From the NCBI GenBank assembly GCA_964016885.1, contig OZ024761.1:10974001-11038000 (forward strand): a stretch of DNA of 64,000 bases, written 5' to 3'. Origin of the DNA: Eledone cirrhosa. Lineage: Eukaryota. Under the pieces are notes generated by a model that was given only the letters and a program-made list of their open reading frames with translations, made no database searches and was not told the DNA's origin. The translations under genes were made by a program, and so were the position numbers. This document shows, piece after piece, positions 1-15,030 of this stretch (the first letter of the stretch is position 1; each line of letters opens with the position of its first letter).

Positions 1-72
1 AGTGGGACAACTCCCCTCTAACCCATGCTAGCGTGGAAAATGGACGTTAAACAAAGATGATGATGATGATGA
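1..72 (+). mobile_element. 3' tail of an RTE-mobilised SINE/LINE ending in (GAT)n
   Basis: CCCATGCTAGCGTGGAAAATGGACGTTAAA followed by (GAT)n; the same tail recurs at about 25500, 30060 and 60880. Confidence 0.7.
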
Positions 73-79
73 TATATAT

Positions 80-290
80 TCAGGGTTTCTCCGAAAGGCC
101 TTTGGAGTAAGATTACTCGATAGAGCATGTTGCTCAGATGAGAGAGTCACTCTAGAGCCGCTATTTCTCCAAATTGAGAGACCACAGCTGCGATACTACG
201 GTCATGTGATTAGAATGTCTCAGGAAAGATGGGCAGATTTTAAGGGCAAAACCAACCGATATAAAAGGTCTCATAGAGTGAAATCAGAAT
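80..290 (+). mobile_element. Degenerate RTE LINE C-terminal fragment
   Basis: Translates GFLRKAFGVRLLDR...EPLFLQIERPQLRYYGHVIRMSQERW, the RTE post-RT motif (LRWYGHV.RM). Confidence 0.7.
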
Positions 291-324
291 TTTTTGGCTT
301 AAACTTTAAACTATACTCATAATA

Positions 325-403
325 AATATATATATATTTTATATATATATATATATATATTTTATATATATATATATATATATATTTTATATATATATAT
401 ATA

Positions 404-475
<72 letters not shown>

Positions 476-538
476 ATATATATATATATATATATTTTAT
501 ATATATATATATATATATATTTTATATATATATATATA

Positions 539-572
<34 letters not shown>

Positions 573-850
573 TTTATATATATATATATATATATTTTAT
601 ATATATATATATATATATATTTTATATATATATATATATATATTTTATATATATATATATATATATTTTATATATATATATATATATATATTTTATATAT
701 ATATATTTTATATATATATATATTTTATATATATATATATATATATTTTATATATATATATTTTATATATATATATATATATATTTTATATATATATATA
801 TATATATTTTATATATATATATATATATATTTTATATATATATATATATA

Positions 851-882
<32 letters not shown>

Positions 883-905
883 TTTATATATATATATATA
901 TTTTA
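325..905. repeat. (TA)n microsatellite periodically interrupted by TTTT
   Basis: Directly visible. Confidence 0.95.
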
Positions 906-1066
906 CGTAGGTCCCGGGTTGAGTCGGGGATAACCACAGTAAGTAAGGTACTCAATACATGGCAGAGTAAAATTTGTTTATTTTATAGAAGGAGCTTCTA
1001 CAGGACTAGTACTGTTTCATCTGAATGAAACAGTACTAGTCCTGTAGAAGCTCCTTCTATAAAATA
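905..1066. mobile_element. Palindromic fold-back element, family A (Penelope-like pseudo-LTR derivative)
   Basis: About 42-bp perfect inverted repeat 979-1066 around CTGA, plus a one-sided tail; related copies at 50148-50335 and 51260-51455. Confidence 0.6.
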
Positions 1067-1289
1067 TATATATATATATTGTTATATTTGGGGAGGGTCA
1101 TATTTGCGTAATATTGCCAGAATTAATAACAGAACACACTCACTGTTTGGTTGGTTTTCGCTTCTCGCTGTCTTTTATATATATATATCTGCGATCTAAC
1201 TTACTCGGTCCTCAATGTTGCCATTGACTGACCGACGGTCAAAAATAATACAGATACAATATAGACACAAACACATATATATATAGTTT

Positions 1290-1340
1290 ACATAATTTAC
1301 ATAAATCTTTCGTTGCACATCTGCAACATCGTCAGTGGTG
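1290..1340 (-). ncRNA. Degenerate hammerhead ribozyme-like motif
   Basis: Minus strand: CTGACGA-t-gttgca(gatg)tgcaac-GAAA with a perfect stem II; stems I and III are eroded. Confidence 0.45.
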
Positions 1341-1378
1341 TTATATTCATTGTTCCTCCTGTTGTGTTGTATGTCTAC

Positions 1379-1440
<62 letters not shown>

Positions 1441-1481
1441 TTCAAAATATTAATATATATAGACATTCGTGTGATCAAATA

Positions 1482-1547
1482 TATTTTATTATATATATTT
1501 CAGAGGTACTGTGCTGTTTCCTCAGTACGTCCTCATCAGATAAAATA
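1482..1547 (-). ncRNA. Minimal type I hammerhead ribozyme (PLE type)
   Basis: Minus strand: tattttat-CTGATGA-ggacgtactg(11 nt)cagtacctct-GAAA-tatata-TA-ataaaata; 8-bp stem I, palindromic stem III. Confidence 0.8.
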
Positions 1548-1692
1548 AATTGATGTGTGACATACCTCAACTGTGCTGATGGTTCAATTCCAGTCTTGGC
1601 AGTGATTAGTTATGACAAAACTCAGTCTTTATATAGCATAAGTTGTAACATGACAAACTACATATAATGGAGAGGGTACGTAGGAAAACGTT

Positions 1693-4600
1693 ATATATAT
1701 ATATACACATGGCTTGTATATATATATATATATACATGGCTTGTATATATATATATACATGGCTTGTGTATATATATATATATATACATGGCTTGTATAT
1801 ATATATATATATACATGGCTTGTATATATATATATATACATGGCTTGTATATATATATATATATATATACATGGCTTGTATATATATATATATATACATG
1901 GCTTGTATATATATATATATATATATATACATGGCTTGTATATCATCATCATCATCATATATATATATATATACATGGCTTGTATATATATATATACATG
2001 GCTTGTATATATATATATATACATGGCTTGTTTTATATATATATATACATGGCTTGTATATATATATATATATACATGGCTTGTATATATATATATATAT
2101 ACATGGCTTGTATATATATATATATATATACATGGCTTGTATATATATATATATATACATGGCTTGTATATATATATATATATACATGGCTTGTATATAT
2201 ATATATATATACATGGCTTGTATATATATATATACACATGGCTTGTATATATATATATACACATGGCTTGTATATATATATATATATACATGGCTTGTAT
2301 ATATATATATATACATGGCTTGTATATATATATATATACATGGCTTGTATATATATATATATACATGGCTTGTATATATATATATATACATGGCTTGTAT
2401 ATATATATATATATACATGGCTTGTATATATATATATATATACATGGCTTGTATATATATATATATATACATGGCTTGTATATATATATATATATATACA
2501 TGGCTTGTATATATATATATATACATGGCTTGTATATATATATATATACATGGCTTGTATATATATATATATACACATGGCTTGTATATATATATATATA
2601 TACATGGCTTGTATATATATATATATATACATGGCTTGTATATATATATATATATACATGGCTTGTATATATATATATACATGGCTTGTATATATATATA
2701 TACATGGCTTGTATATATATATATATATATACATGGCTTGTATATATATATATATATACATGGCTTGTATATATATATACATGGCTTGTATATATATATA
2801 CATGGCTTGTATATATATATACATGGCTTGTATATATATATACATGGCTTGTATATATATACATGGCTTGTATATATATATACATGGCTTGTATATATAT
2901 ATACATGGCTTGTATATATATATACATGGCTTGTATATATATATACATGGCTTGTATATATATATACATGGCTTGTATATATATATACATGGCTTGTATA
3001 TATATATACATGGCTTGTATATATATATACATGGCTTGTATATATATATACATGGCTTGTATATATATATACATGGCTTGTATATATATATACATGGCTT
3101 GTATATATATATACATGGCTTGTATATATATATACATGGCTTGTATATATATATACATGGCTTGTATATATATATACATGGCTTGTATATATATATACAT
3201 GGCTTGTATATATATATATACATGGCTTGTATATATATATACATGGCTTGTATATATATATACATGGCTTGTATATATATATACATGGCTTGTATATATA
3301 TATATATACATGGCTTGTATATATATATATATACATGGCTTGTATATATATATATATACATGGCTTGTATATATATATATATACATGGCTTGTATATATA
3401 TATATATATACATGGCTTGTATATATATATATATATACATGGCTTGTATATATATATATATATACATGGCTTGTATATATATATATATATATACATGGCT
3501 TGTATATATATATATATATATACATGGCTTGTATATATATATATATATATACATGGCTTGTATATATATATATATATACATGGCTTGTATATATATATAT
3601 ATATACATGGCTTGTATATATATATATATACATGGCTTGTATATATATATATATACATGGCTTGTATATATATATACATGGCTTGTATATATATATATAT
3701 ACATGGCTTGTATATATATATATATATATATATATACATGGCTTGTATATATATATATATATACATGGCTTGTATATATATATATATATATACATGGCTT
3801 GTATATATATATATATATACATGGCTTGTATATATATATATATATACATGGCTTGTATATATATATATATACATGGCTTGTATATATATATATATATACA
3901 TGGCTTGTATATATATATATATATACATGGCTTGTATATATATATATATATACATGGCTTGTATATATATATATATATACATGGCTTGTATATATATATA
4001 TATATACATGGCTTGTATATATATATATATATATACATGGCTTGTATATATATATATATATACATGGCTTGTATATATATATATATATACATGGCTTGTA
4101 TATATATATATATATACATGGCTTGTATATATATATATATATACATGGCTTGTATATATATATATATATATATACATGGCTTGTATATATATATATATAC
4201 ATGGCTTGTATATATATATACATGGCTTGTATATATATATATATATATATACATGGCTTGTATATATATATATATACATGGCTTGTATATATATATATAT
4301 ACATGGCTTGTATATATATATATATACATGGCTTGTATATATATATATATACATGGCTTGTATATATATATATATACATGGCTTGTATATATATATATAT
4401 ACATGGCTTGTATATATATATATATACATGGCTTGTATATATATATATATATACATGGCTTGTATATATATATATATATACATGGCTTGTATATATATAT
4501 ATATACATGGCTTGTATATATATATACATGGCTTGTATATATATATACATGGCTTGTATGTATATATATATATATACATGGCTTGTATGTATATATATAT

Positions 4601-7038
4601 ATATACATGGCTTGTATGTATATATATATATATACATGGCTTGTATATATATATATATACATGGCTTGTATATATATATATATACATGGCTTGTATATAT
4701 ATATATATACATGGCTTGTATATATATATATATACATGGCTTGTATATATATATATATACATGGCTTGTATATATATATATATACATGGCTTGTATATAT
4801 ATATATATACATGGCTTGTATATATATATATATACATGGCTTGTATATATATATATATACATGGCTTGTATATATATATATATATACATGGCTTGTATAT
4901 ATATATATATACACATGGCTTGTATATATATATATATATACATGGCTTGTATATATATACATGGCTTGTATATATATATATATATATACATGGCTTGTAT
5001 ATATATATATATACATGGCTTGTATATATATATATATATACATGGCTTGTATATATATATATATATACATGGCTTGTATATATATATATATATACATGGC
5101 TTGTATATATATATATATATACATGGCTTGTATATATATATATATATACATGGCTTGTATATATATATACATGGCTTGTATATATATATATATATATACA
5201 TGGCTTGTATATATATATATATACATGGCTTGTATATATATATATATACATGGCTTGTATATATATATATATACATGGCTTGTATATATATATATATACA
5301 TGGCTTGTATATATATATATATACATGGCTTGTATATATATATATATACATGGCTTGTATATATATATATATACATGGCTTGTATATATATATATATATA
5401 CATGGCTTGTATATATATATATATATACATGGCTTGTATATATATATATATACATGGCTTGTATATATATATATATATACATGGCTTGTATATATATATA
5501 TATATACATGGCTTGTATATATATATATATATACATGGCTTGTATATATATATATATATACATGGCTTGTATATATATATATATATACATGGCTTGTATA
5601 TATATATATATATATACATGGCTTGTATATATATATATATATACATGGCTTGTATATATATATATATACATGGCTTGTATATATATATATATACATGGCT
5701 TGTATATATATATATATACATGGCTTGTATATATATATATATACATGGCTTGTATATATATATATATACATGGCTTGTATATATATATATATACATGGCT
5801 TGTATATATATATATATACATGGCTTGTATATATATATATATATACATGGCTTGTATATATATATATATATACATGGCTTGTATATATATATATATATAC
5901 ATGGCTTGTATATATATATATATATACATGGCTTGTATATATATATATATATACATGGCTTGTATATATATATATATACATGGCTTGTATATATATATAT
6001 ATATACATGGCTTGTATATATATATATATATACATGGCTTGTATATATATATATATATACATGGCTTGTATATATATATATATATACATGGCTTGTATAT
6101 ATATATATATATACATGGCTTGTATATATATATATATATACATGGCTTGTATATATATATATATATACATGGCTTGTATATATATATATATATATACATG
6201 GCTTGTATATATATATATATATATACATGGCTTGTATATATATATATATATATACATGGCTTGTATATATATATATATATATACATGGCTTGTATATATA
6301 TATACATGGCTTGTATATATATATACATGGCTTGTATATATATATACATGGCTTGTATATATATATATATACATGGCTTGTATATATATATATATACATG
6401 GCTTGTATATATATATATATACATGGCTTGTATATATATATATATACATGGCTTGTATATATATATATATACATGGCTTGTATATATATATATATACATG
6501 GCTTGTATATATATATATATACATGGCTTGTATATATATATATATATACATGGCTTGTATATATATATATATACATGGCTTGTATATATATATATATATA
6601 CATGGCTTGTATATATATATATATATACATGGCTTGTATATATATATATATATACATGGCTTGTATATATATATATATATACATGGCTTGTATATATATA
6701 TATATACATGGCTTGTATATATATATACATGGCTTGTATGTATATATATATATATACATGGCTTGTATGTATATATATATACATGGCTTGTATGTATATA
6801 TATATACATGGCTTGTATATATATATATATACATGGCTTGTATATATATATATATACATGGCTTGTATATATATATATATACATGGCTTGTATATATATA
6901 TATATACATGGCTTGTATATATATATATATACATGGCTTGTATATATATATATATACATGGCTTGTATATATATATATATACATGGCTTGTATATATATA
7001 TATATACATGGCTTGTATATATATATATATACATGGCT

Positions 7039-7081
<43 letters not shown>

Positions 7082-8160
7082 GGCTTGTATATATATATAT
7101 ATACATGGCTTGTATATATATATATATACATGGCTTGTATATATATATATATACATGGCTTGTATATATATATATATACATGGCTTGTATATATATATAT
7201 ATACATGGCTTGTATATATATATATATACATGGCTTGTATATATATATACATGGCTTGTATATATATATATATACATGGCTTGTATATATATATATATAC
7301 ATGGCTTGTATATATATATATATACATGGCTTGTATATATATATATATATATACATGGCTTGTATATATATATATATACATGGCTTGTATATATATATAT
7401 ATACATGGCTTGTATATATATATATATACATGGCTTGTATATATATATATATATACATGGCTTGTATATATATATATATATACATGGCTTGTATATATAT
7501 ATATATATACATGGCTTGTATATATATATATATATACATGGCTTGTATATATATATATATATACATGGCTTGTATATATATATATATATACATGGCTTGT
7601 ATATATATATATATATACATGGCTTGTATATATATATATATATACATGGCTTGTATATATATATATATATACATGGCTTGTATATATATATATATATATA
7701 CATGGCTTGTATATATATATATATATATACATGGCTTGTATATATATATATATATACATGGCTTGTATATATATATATATATATATACATGGCTTGTATA
7801 TATATATATATATACATGGCTTGTATATATATATATACAAGCCATGTATATATATATATATATACATGGCTTGTATATATATATATATACATGGCTTGTA
7901 TATATATATATATACATGGCTTGTATATATATATATATACATGGCTTGTATATATATATATATACATGGCTGTATATATATATATATACATGGCTTGTAT
8001 ATATATACATGGCTTGTATATATATATATACATGGCTTGTATATATATATATATACATGGCTTGTATATATATATATATACATGGCTTGTATATATATAT
8101 ATATACATGGCTTGTATATATATATATATACATGGCTTGTATATATATATATACATGGCT

Positions 8161-8205
<45 letters not shown>

Positions 8206-11200
8206 GGCTTGTATATATATATATATACATGGCTTGTATATATATATATATACATGGCTTGTATATATATATATATACATGGCTTGTATATATATATATA
8301 TACATGGCTTGTATATATATATATATACATGGCTTGTATATATATATACATGGCTTGTATATATATATATATACATGGCTTGTATATATATATATATACA
8401 TGGCTTGTATATATATATATATACATGGCTTGTATATATATATATATATGGCTTGTATATATATATATATATGGCTTGTATATATATATATATATGGCTT
8501 GTATATATATATATATATGGCTTGTATATATATATATATACATGGCTTGTATATATATATATATATATACATGGCTTGTATATATATATATATACATGGC
8601 TTGTATATATATATATATACATGGCTTGTATATATATATATATACATGGCTTGTATATATATATATATATACATGGCTTGTATATATATATATATATACA
8701 TGGCTTGTATATATATATATATATACATGGCTTGTATATATATATATATATACATGGCTTGTATATATATATATATATACATGGCTTGTATATATATATA
8801 TATATACATGGCTTGTATATATATATATATATACATGGCTTGTATATATATATATACATGGCTTGTATATATATATATATATACATGGCTTGTATATATA
8901 TATATATATACATGGCTTGTATATATATATATATATACATGGCTTGTATATATATATATATATACATGGCTTGTATATATATATATATATACATGGCTTG
9001 TATATATATATATATATACATGGCTTGTATATATATATATATATACATGGCTTGTATATATATATATATATACATGGCTTGTATATATATATATATATAT
9101 ATACATGGCTTGTATATATATATATATATATACATGGCTTGTATATATATATATATATATACATGGCTTGTATATATATATATACAAGCCATGTATATAT
9201 ATATATATATACATGGCTTGTATATATATATATATACATGGCTTGTATATATATATATATACAAGCCATGTATATATATATATATACATGGCTTGTATAT
9301 ATATATATATATATACATGGCTTGTATATATATATATATATACGTGGCTTGTATATATATATATATACGTGGCTTGTATATATATATATATATACATGGC
9401 TTGTATATATATATATATATACATGGCTTGTATATATATATATATATACATGGCTTGTATATATATATATATATACATGGCTTGTATATATATATATATA
9501 TACATGGCTTGTATATATATATATATACATGGCTTGTATATATATATATATACATGGCTTGTATATATATATATATACATGGCTTGTATATATATATATA
9601 TACATGGCTTGTATATATATATATATATACATGGCTTGTATATATATATATATATACATGGCTTGTATATATATATATATATACATGGCTTGTATATATA
9701 TATACATGGCTTGTATGTATATATATATATATACATGGCTTGTATGTATATATATATACATGGCTTGTATATATATATATATACATGGCTTGTATATATA
9801 TATATATACATGGCTTGTATATATATATATATACATGGCTTGTATATATATATATATACATGGCTTGTATATATATATATATACATGGCTTGTATATATA
9901 TATATATACATGGCTTGTATATATATATATATACATGGCTTGTATATATATATATATATATATATACATGGCTTGTATATATATATATATACATGGCTTG
10001 TATATATATATATATACATGGCTTGTATATATATATATATACATGGCTTGTATATATATATATATACATGGCTTGTATATATATATATATACATGGCTTG
10101 TATATATATATATATACATGGCTTGTATATATATATATATACATGGCTTGTATATATATATACATGGCTTGTATATATATATATATACATGGCTTGTATA
10201 TATATATATATACATGGCTTGTATATATATATATATACATGGCTTGTATATATATATATATACATGGCTTGTATATATATATATATATATACATGGCTTG
10301 TATATATATATATATACATGGCTTGTATATATATATATATACATGGCTTGTATATATATATATATACATGGCTTGTATATATATATATATATACATGGCT
10401 TGTATATATATATATATATACATGGCTTGTATATATATATATATATACATGGCTTGTATATATATATATATATACATGGCTTGTATATATATATATATAT
10501 ACATGGCTTGTATATATATATATATATACATGGCTTGTATATATATATATATATACATGGCTTGTATATATATATATACATGGCTTGTATATATATATAT
10601 ATATACATGGCTTGTATATATATATATATACATGGCTTGTATATATATATATATATACATGGCTTGTATATATATATATATATACATGGCTTGTATATAT
10701 ATATATATATACATGGCTTGTATATATATATATATATACATGGCTTGTATATATATATATATATACATGGCTTGTATATATATATATATATACATGGCTT
10801 GTATATATATATATATATACATGGCTTGTATATATATATATATATATACATGGCTTGTATATATATATATATATATACATGGCTTGTATATATATATATA
10901 TATACATGGCTTGTATATATATATATATATACATGGCTTGTATATATATATATATATATACATGGCTTGTATATATATATATATATATACATGGCTTGTA
11001 TATATATATATACAAGCCATGTATATATATATATATATACATGGCTTGTATATATATATATATACATGGCTTGTATATATATATATATACATGGCTTGTA
11101 TATATATATATATATACATGGCTTGTATATATATATATATACATGGCTGTATATATATATATATACATGGCTTGTATATATATACATGGCTTGTATATAT

Positions 11201-13075
11201 ATATATATACATGGCTTGTATATATATATATATACATGGCTTGTATATATATATATATATATATATACATGGCTTGTATATATATATATATACATGGCTT
11301 GTATATATATATATATACATGGCTTGTATATATATATATATACATGGCTTGTATATATATATATATACATGGCTTGTATATATATATATATATACATGGC
11401 TTGTATATATATATATATATACATGGCTTGTATATATATATATATATACATGGCTTGTATATATATATATATATACATGGCTTGTATATATATATATATA
11501 TACATGGCTTGTATATATATATATATATACATGGCTTGTATATATATATATACATGGCTTGTATATATATATATATATACATGGCTTGTATATATATATA
11601 TATATACATGGCTTGTATATATATATATATATACATGGCTTGTATATATATATATATATACATGGCTTGTATATATATATATATATACATGGCTTGTATA
11701 TATATATATATATACATGGCTTGTATATATATATATATATACATGGCTTGTATATATATATATATATACATGGCTTGTATATATATATATATATATACAT
11801 GGCTTGTATATATATATATATATATACATGGCTTGTATATATATATATACAAGCCATGTATATATATATATATATACATGGCTTGTATATATATATATAT
11901 ACATGGCTTGTATATATATATATATACAAGCCATGTATATATATATATATACATGGCTTGTATATATATATATATATATACATGGCTTGTATATATATAT
12001 ATATATACGTGGCTTGTATATATATATATATACGTGGCTTGTATATATATATATATACATGGCTTGTATATATATATATATATATATATACATGGCTTGT
12101 ATATATATATATATACATGGCTTGTATATATATATATATACATGGCTTGTATATATATATATATACATGGCTTGTATATATATATATATACATGGCTTGT
12201 ATATATATATATATACATGGCTTGTATATATATATATATACATGGCTTGTATATATATATACATGGCTTGTATATATATATACATGGCTTGTATATATAT
12301 ATATATACATGGCTTGTATATATATATATATATACATGGCTTGTATATATATATATATATATATATATACATGGCTTGTATATCATCATCATCATCATAT
12401 ATATATATATATACATGGCTTGTATATATATATATACATGGCTTGTATATATATATATATACATGGCTTGTATATATATATATATATATACATGGCTTGT
12501 ATATATATATATATACATGGCTTGTATATATATATATATATATATACATGGCTTGTATATATATATATATATACATGGCTTGTATATATATATATATATA
12601 CATGGCTTGTATATATATATATATACAAGCCATGTATATATATATATATATACATGGCTTGTATATATATATATATACATGGCTTGTATATATATATATA
12701 TATACATGGCTTGTATATATATATATATATATACATGGCTTGTATATATATATATATATATACATGGCTTGTATATATATATATATACATGGCTTGTATA
12801 TATATATATATACATGGCTGTATATATATATATATACATGGCTTGTATATATATACATGGCTTGTATATATATATATACATGGCTTGTATATATATATAT
12901 ACATGGCTTGTATATATATACACACATGGCTTGTATATATATATATATACATGGCTGTATATATATATATATACAAGCCATGTATATATATATATATACA
13001 TGGCTTGTATATATATATATATATATACATGGCTTGTATATATATATACACACGGCTTAGTGGTATATATATACA
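1693..13075. repeat. 11.4 kb compound satellite: CATGGCTTG core separated by variable (TA)n; roughly 400-450 units (estimate)
   Basis: Directly visible; eight units are inverted (CAAGCCATG). Confidence 0.97.
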
Positions 13076-13953
13076 CACACCCCTCAGAGGTCTACTAAAC
13101 CTGCAACAGTAGGAGTTGTCCAGTGAAGCTGTGTACCAGCTCAAGTAAACAGTGATGATGATAAGAAGGGGTAAGATGGGGAGGGAGGGAGAGACACTAC
13201 ACCCCAGTCTGAGTGGTGCCTCAGCCACACCCTCTCCTTATATATATAGCACTACTTTATCAGTTATTTCTTGATGTCAAAATACTCCTTACTCTGCCTG
13301 TCACCTCCCTCCCCATTCCTCACACCATTACAAACATACACTATGCTAAATTGATTCAATGCAGTAATTGTTATACATACCATCACCATCATCATCATCA
13401 TCATTTAATGCTTAAATGGGTTAAACAGAGGTTAGAGAGCCCAGGTTGTGACATCTTGCTCATATGAATTGTTTTGGCTGGGTTGGTTTTAAACATGGGA
13501 TGCCCTCCCAATCACCTACCACTTTAAAGAGTGGAGTGGCTGCTTTTTGTTGTGGTGCCAGCACTACCACTTTACAGGGTGGACTGGGTGTCTTTTTGTT
13601 GTGGCACCAGCACTACCACTTTACAGGGTGGACTGGGTGTCTTTTTGTTGTACCATATATCTACATGTATATTTTCCATGCTTGCATGAGTTAGATAGGT
13701 TTTTACGTCAAGTGATTGTGTCTTGCTCATACCCACCATTTATGGCTGAATGCCTCACCTAACACCAGCCACCTTACACACACACACGTGTATATATATA
13801 TATGTGTGTGTGTGTAGTGTCGAAACTGAATGCCTCAGCTACCACCGCCCACCTTACACACACACGTGTGTATGTGTGTAGTGTCTGACCTGAATGCATC
13901 ACCTAACACCAGCCACCTTACACATATATATGTATATTTGTATATATATATAT

Positions 13954-14298
13954 GGAGGCACATGGCCTAGTGGTTAGAGCATTGGCCTTGCAATCGAAAG
14001 GTTGTGAGTTCAATTCTCAGGCCGGGTGATGTGTTGTTTCCTTGAGCAAGACACTTTATTTCACATTGCTCCAGTTTACTCAGCTGTAGAAATGAGATGA
14101 TAGGGACTGTGGTCCCTAACATTCCACTGCAAAGTGGTCTTGGAGGTGCCACGGCAAAAAAGCACCCAGCACTCACTGTAAATGAGGTTGGTGTTAGGAA
14201 GGGCATCCAGCTGTAGAAATCAAGCCAGGATCAGTTCCCGTCCCACCCTTGCAAGCAGGGAAAAGTGGACGTAAAATGAAAGGATGATGATGATGATG
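13954..14298 (+). mobile_element. Full-length tRNA-derived SINE (family 1) with a CORE-like centre and RTE-derived 3' end
   Basis: A box TGGCCTAGTGG, B box GAGTTCAATTC, CCTTGAGCAAGACACTT centre, CCCGTCCCACCCTTGCAAGCAGGGAAAAG tail and (GAT)n. Confidence 0.9.
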
Positions 14299-14352
14299 CG
14301 AGTGTGCGTAATGTCTGACATGTTGTATATTAAATTCTTTCTATTATTTTAG

Positions 14353-14408
14353 ATTAATATCATTGATGGGGCCGGAAGACAGTTGGGTGGCCAAATGGCA
14401 AAGAATTA
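14353..14408 (+). CDS. SUPT4H1: Transcription elongation factor Spt4, internal exon (56 nt)
   Basis: ttttag|A TTA ATA ... ATT A|gtaagt encodes LISLMGPEDSWVAKWQRI, matching Spt4 IIAMMSPEDSWVSKWQRV; phase joins the next exon. Confidence 0.95.
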
Positions 14409-14484
14409 GTAAGTACTTCTCTCTATATCTACCTATGTGTATATATATATGTGTGTGTGTGTGTGTATCTAATAATTTTAATTT

Positions 14485-14700
14485 GTCGATCGACTTTCGT
14501 CAAATCAGACCGAGGAAACAATGTTTCCGTTGGTCTTTCCAATTGCTAATACTATCTATCGGCAACTCCAGGTAGAAGGAACAACGTAAAATAAAGTGTC
14601 TTGCTCAAGGACATAACGCATCGCCCGGTCCAGGAATCGAACTGGGAACCTCACGATTATGAATCCAGTTCACTAACCAATCAGCCACACGCCTTCACAT
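14485..14700 (-). mobile_element. Related tRNA/CORE-like SINE (second copy at about 18735-18935)
   Basis: Shares AAGTGTCTTGCTCAAGG with family 1 and has a B-box-like GTTCGATTCC on the minus strand. Confidence 0.65.
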
Positions 14701-14714
14701 ATATATATATATAT

Positions 14715-15030
14715 CATTTCATTTTACGTCCACTTTTTCCTGCTTGCAAGGGTGGGACGGGAACTGATTCTGGCTTGATGTCTACAGATGGATGCCTTTC
14801 CTAACACCAACCTCATTTACAGTGAGTGCTGGCTGCTTTTTTGCCGTGGCACCTCCACGACCACTTTGCAGTGGAATGATAGGGACCCCAGTCCCTATCA
14901 TCTCATTTCTGCAGCTGAGTAAACTGGAGCAATGTGAAATAAAGTGTCTTGCTCAAGGAAACAACACATCACCCGGTCTGAGAATTGAACTCACAACCTT
15001 TCGATTGCAAGGACAATGCTCTAACCACTA
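14715..15030 (-). mobile_element. SINE family 1 copy
   Basis: Reverse complement of 13954-14298. Confidence 0.9.

Noticed and set aside
1504-1553. Possible plus-strand exon (GTVLFPQYVLIR*) after tttcag
   Set aside because: No match to Spt4; the segment is better explained as the antisense of a hammerhead motif
1693-13075. CRISPR-like repeat-spacer array
   Set aside because: The spacers are only TA runs of variable length, the core is 9 nt, there are no cas genes, and the context is eukaryotic
1606-13112. Six overlapping ORFs of 3400-3800 aa
   Set aside because: The (TA)n-CATGGCTTG unit cannot form a stop codon on either strand, so all frames are open by composition; no evidence of coding
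13088-13175. Possible exon ending in GG|gtaaga
   Set aside because: Stops in all three frames from the obvious acceptor and no Spt4 similarity; looks like a LINE 3' end with a (GAT)n tail
13954-14030. tRNA gene
   Set aside because: A and B boxes belong to a SINE head that continues into core and LINE-derived tail; many dispersed copies
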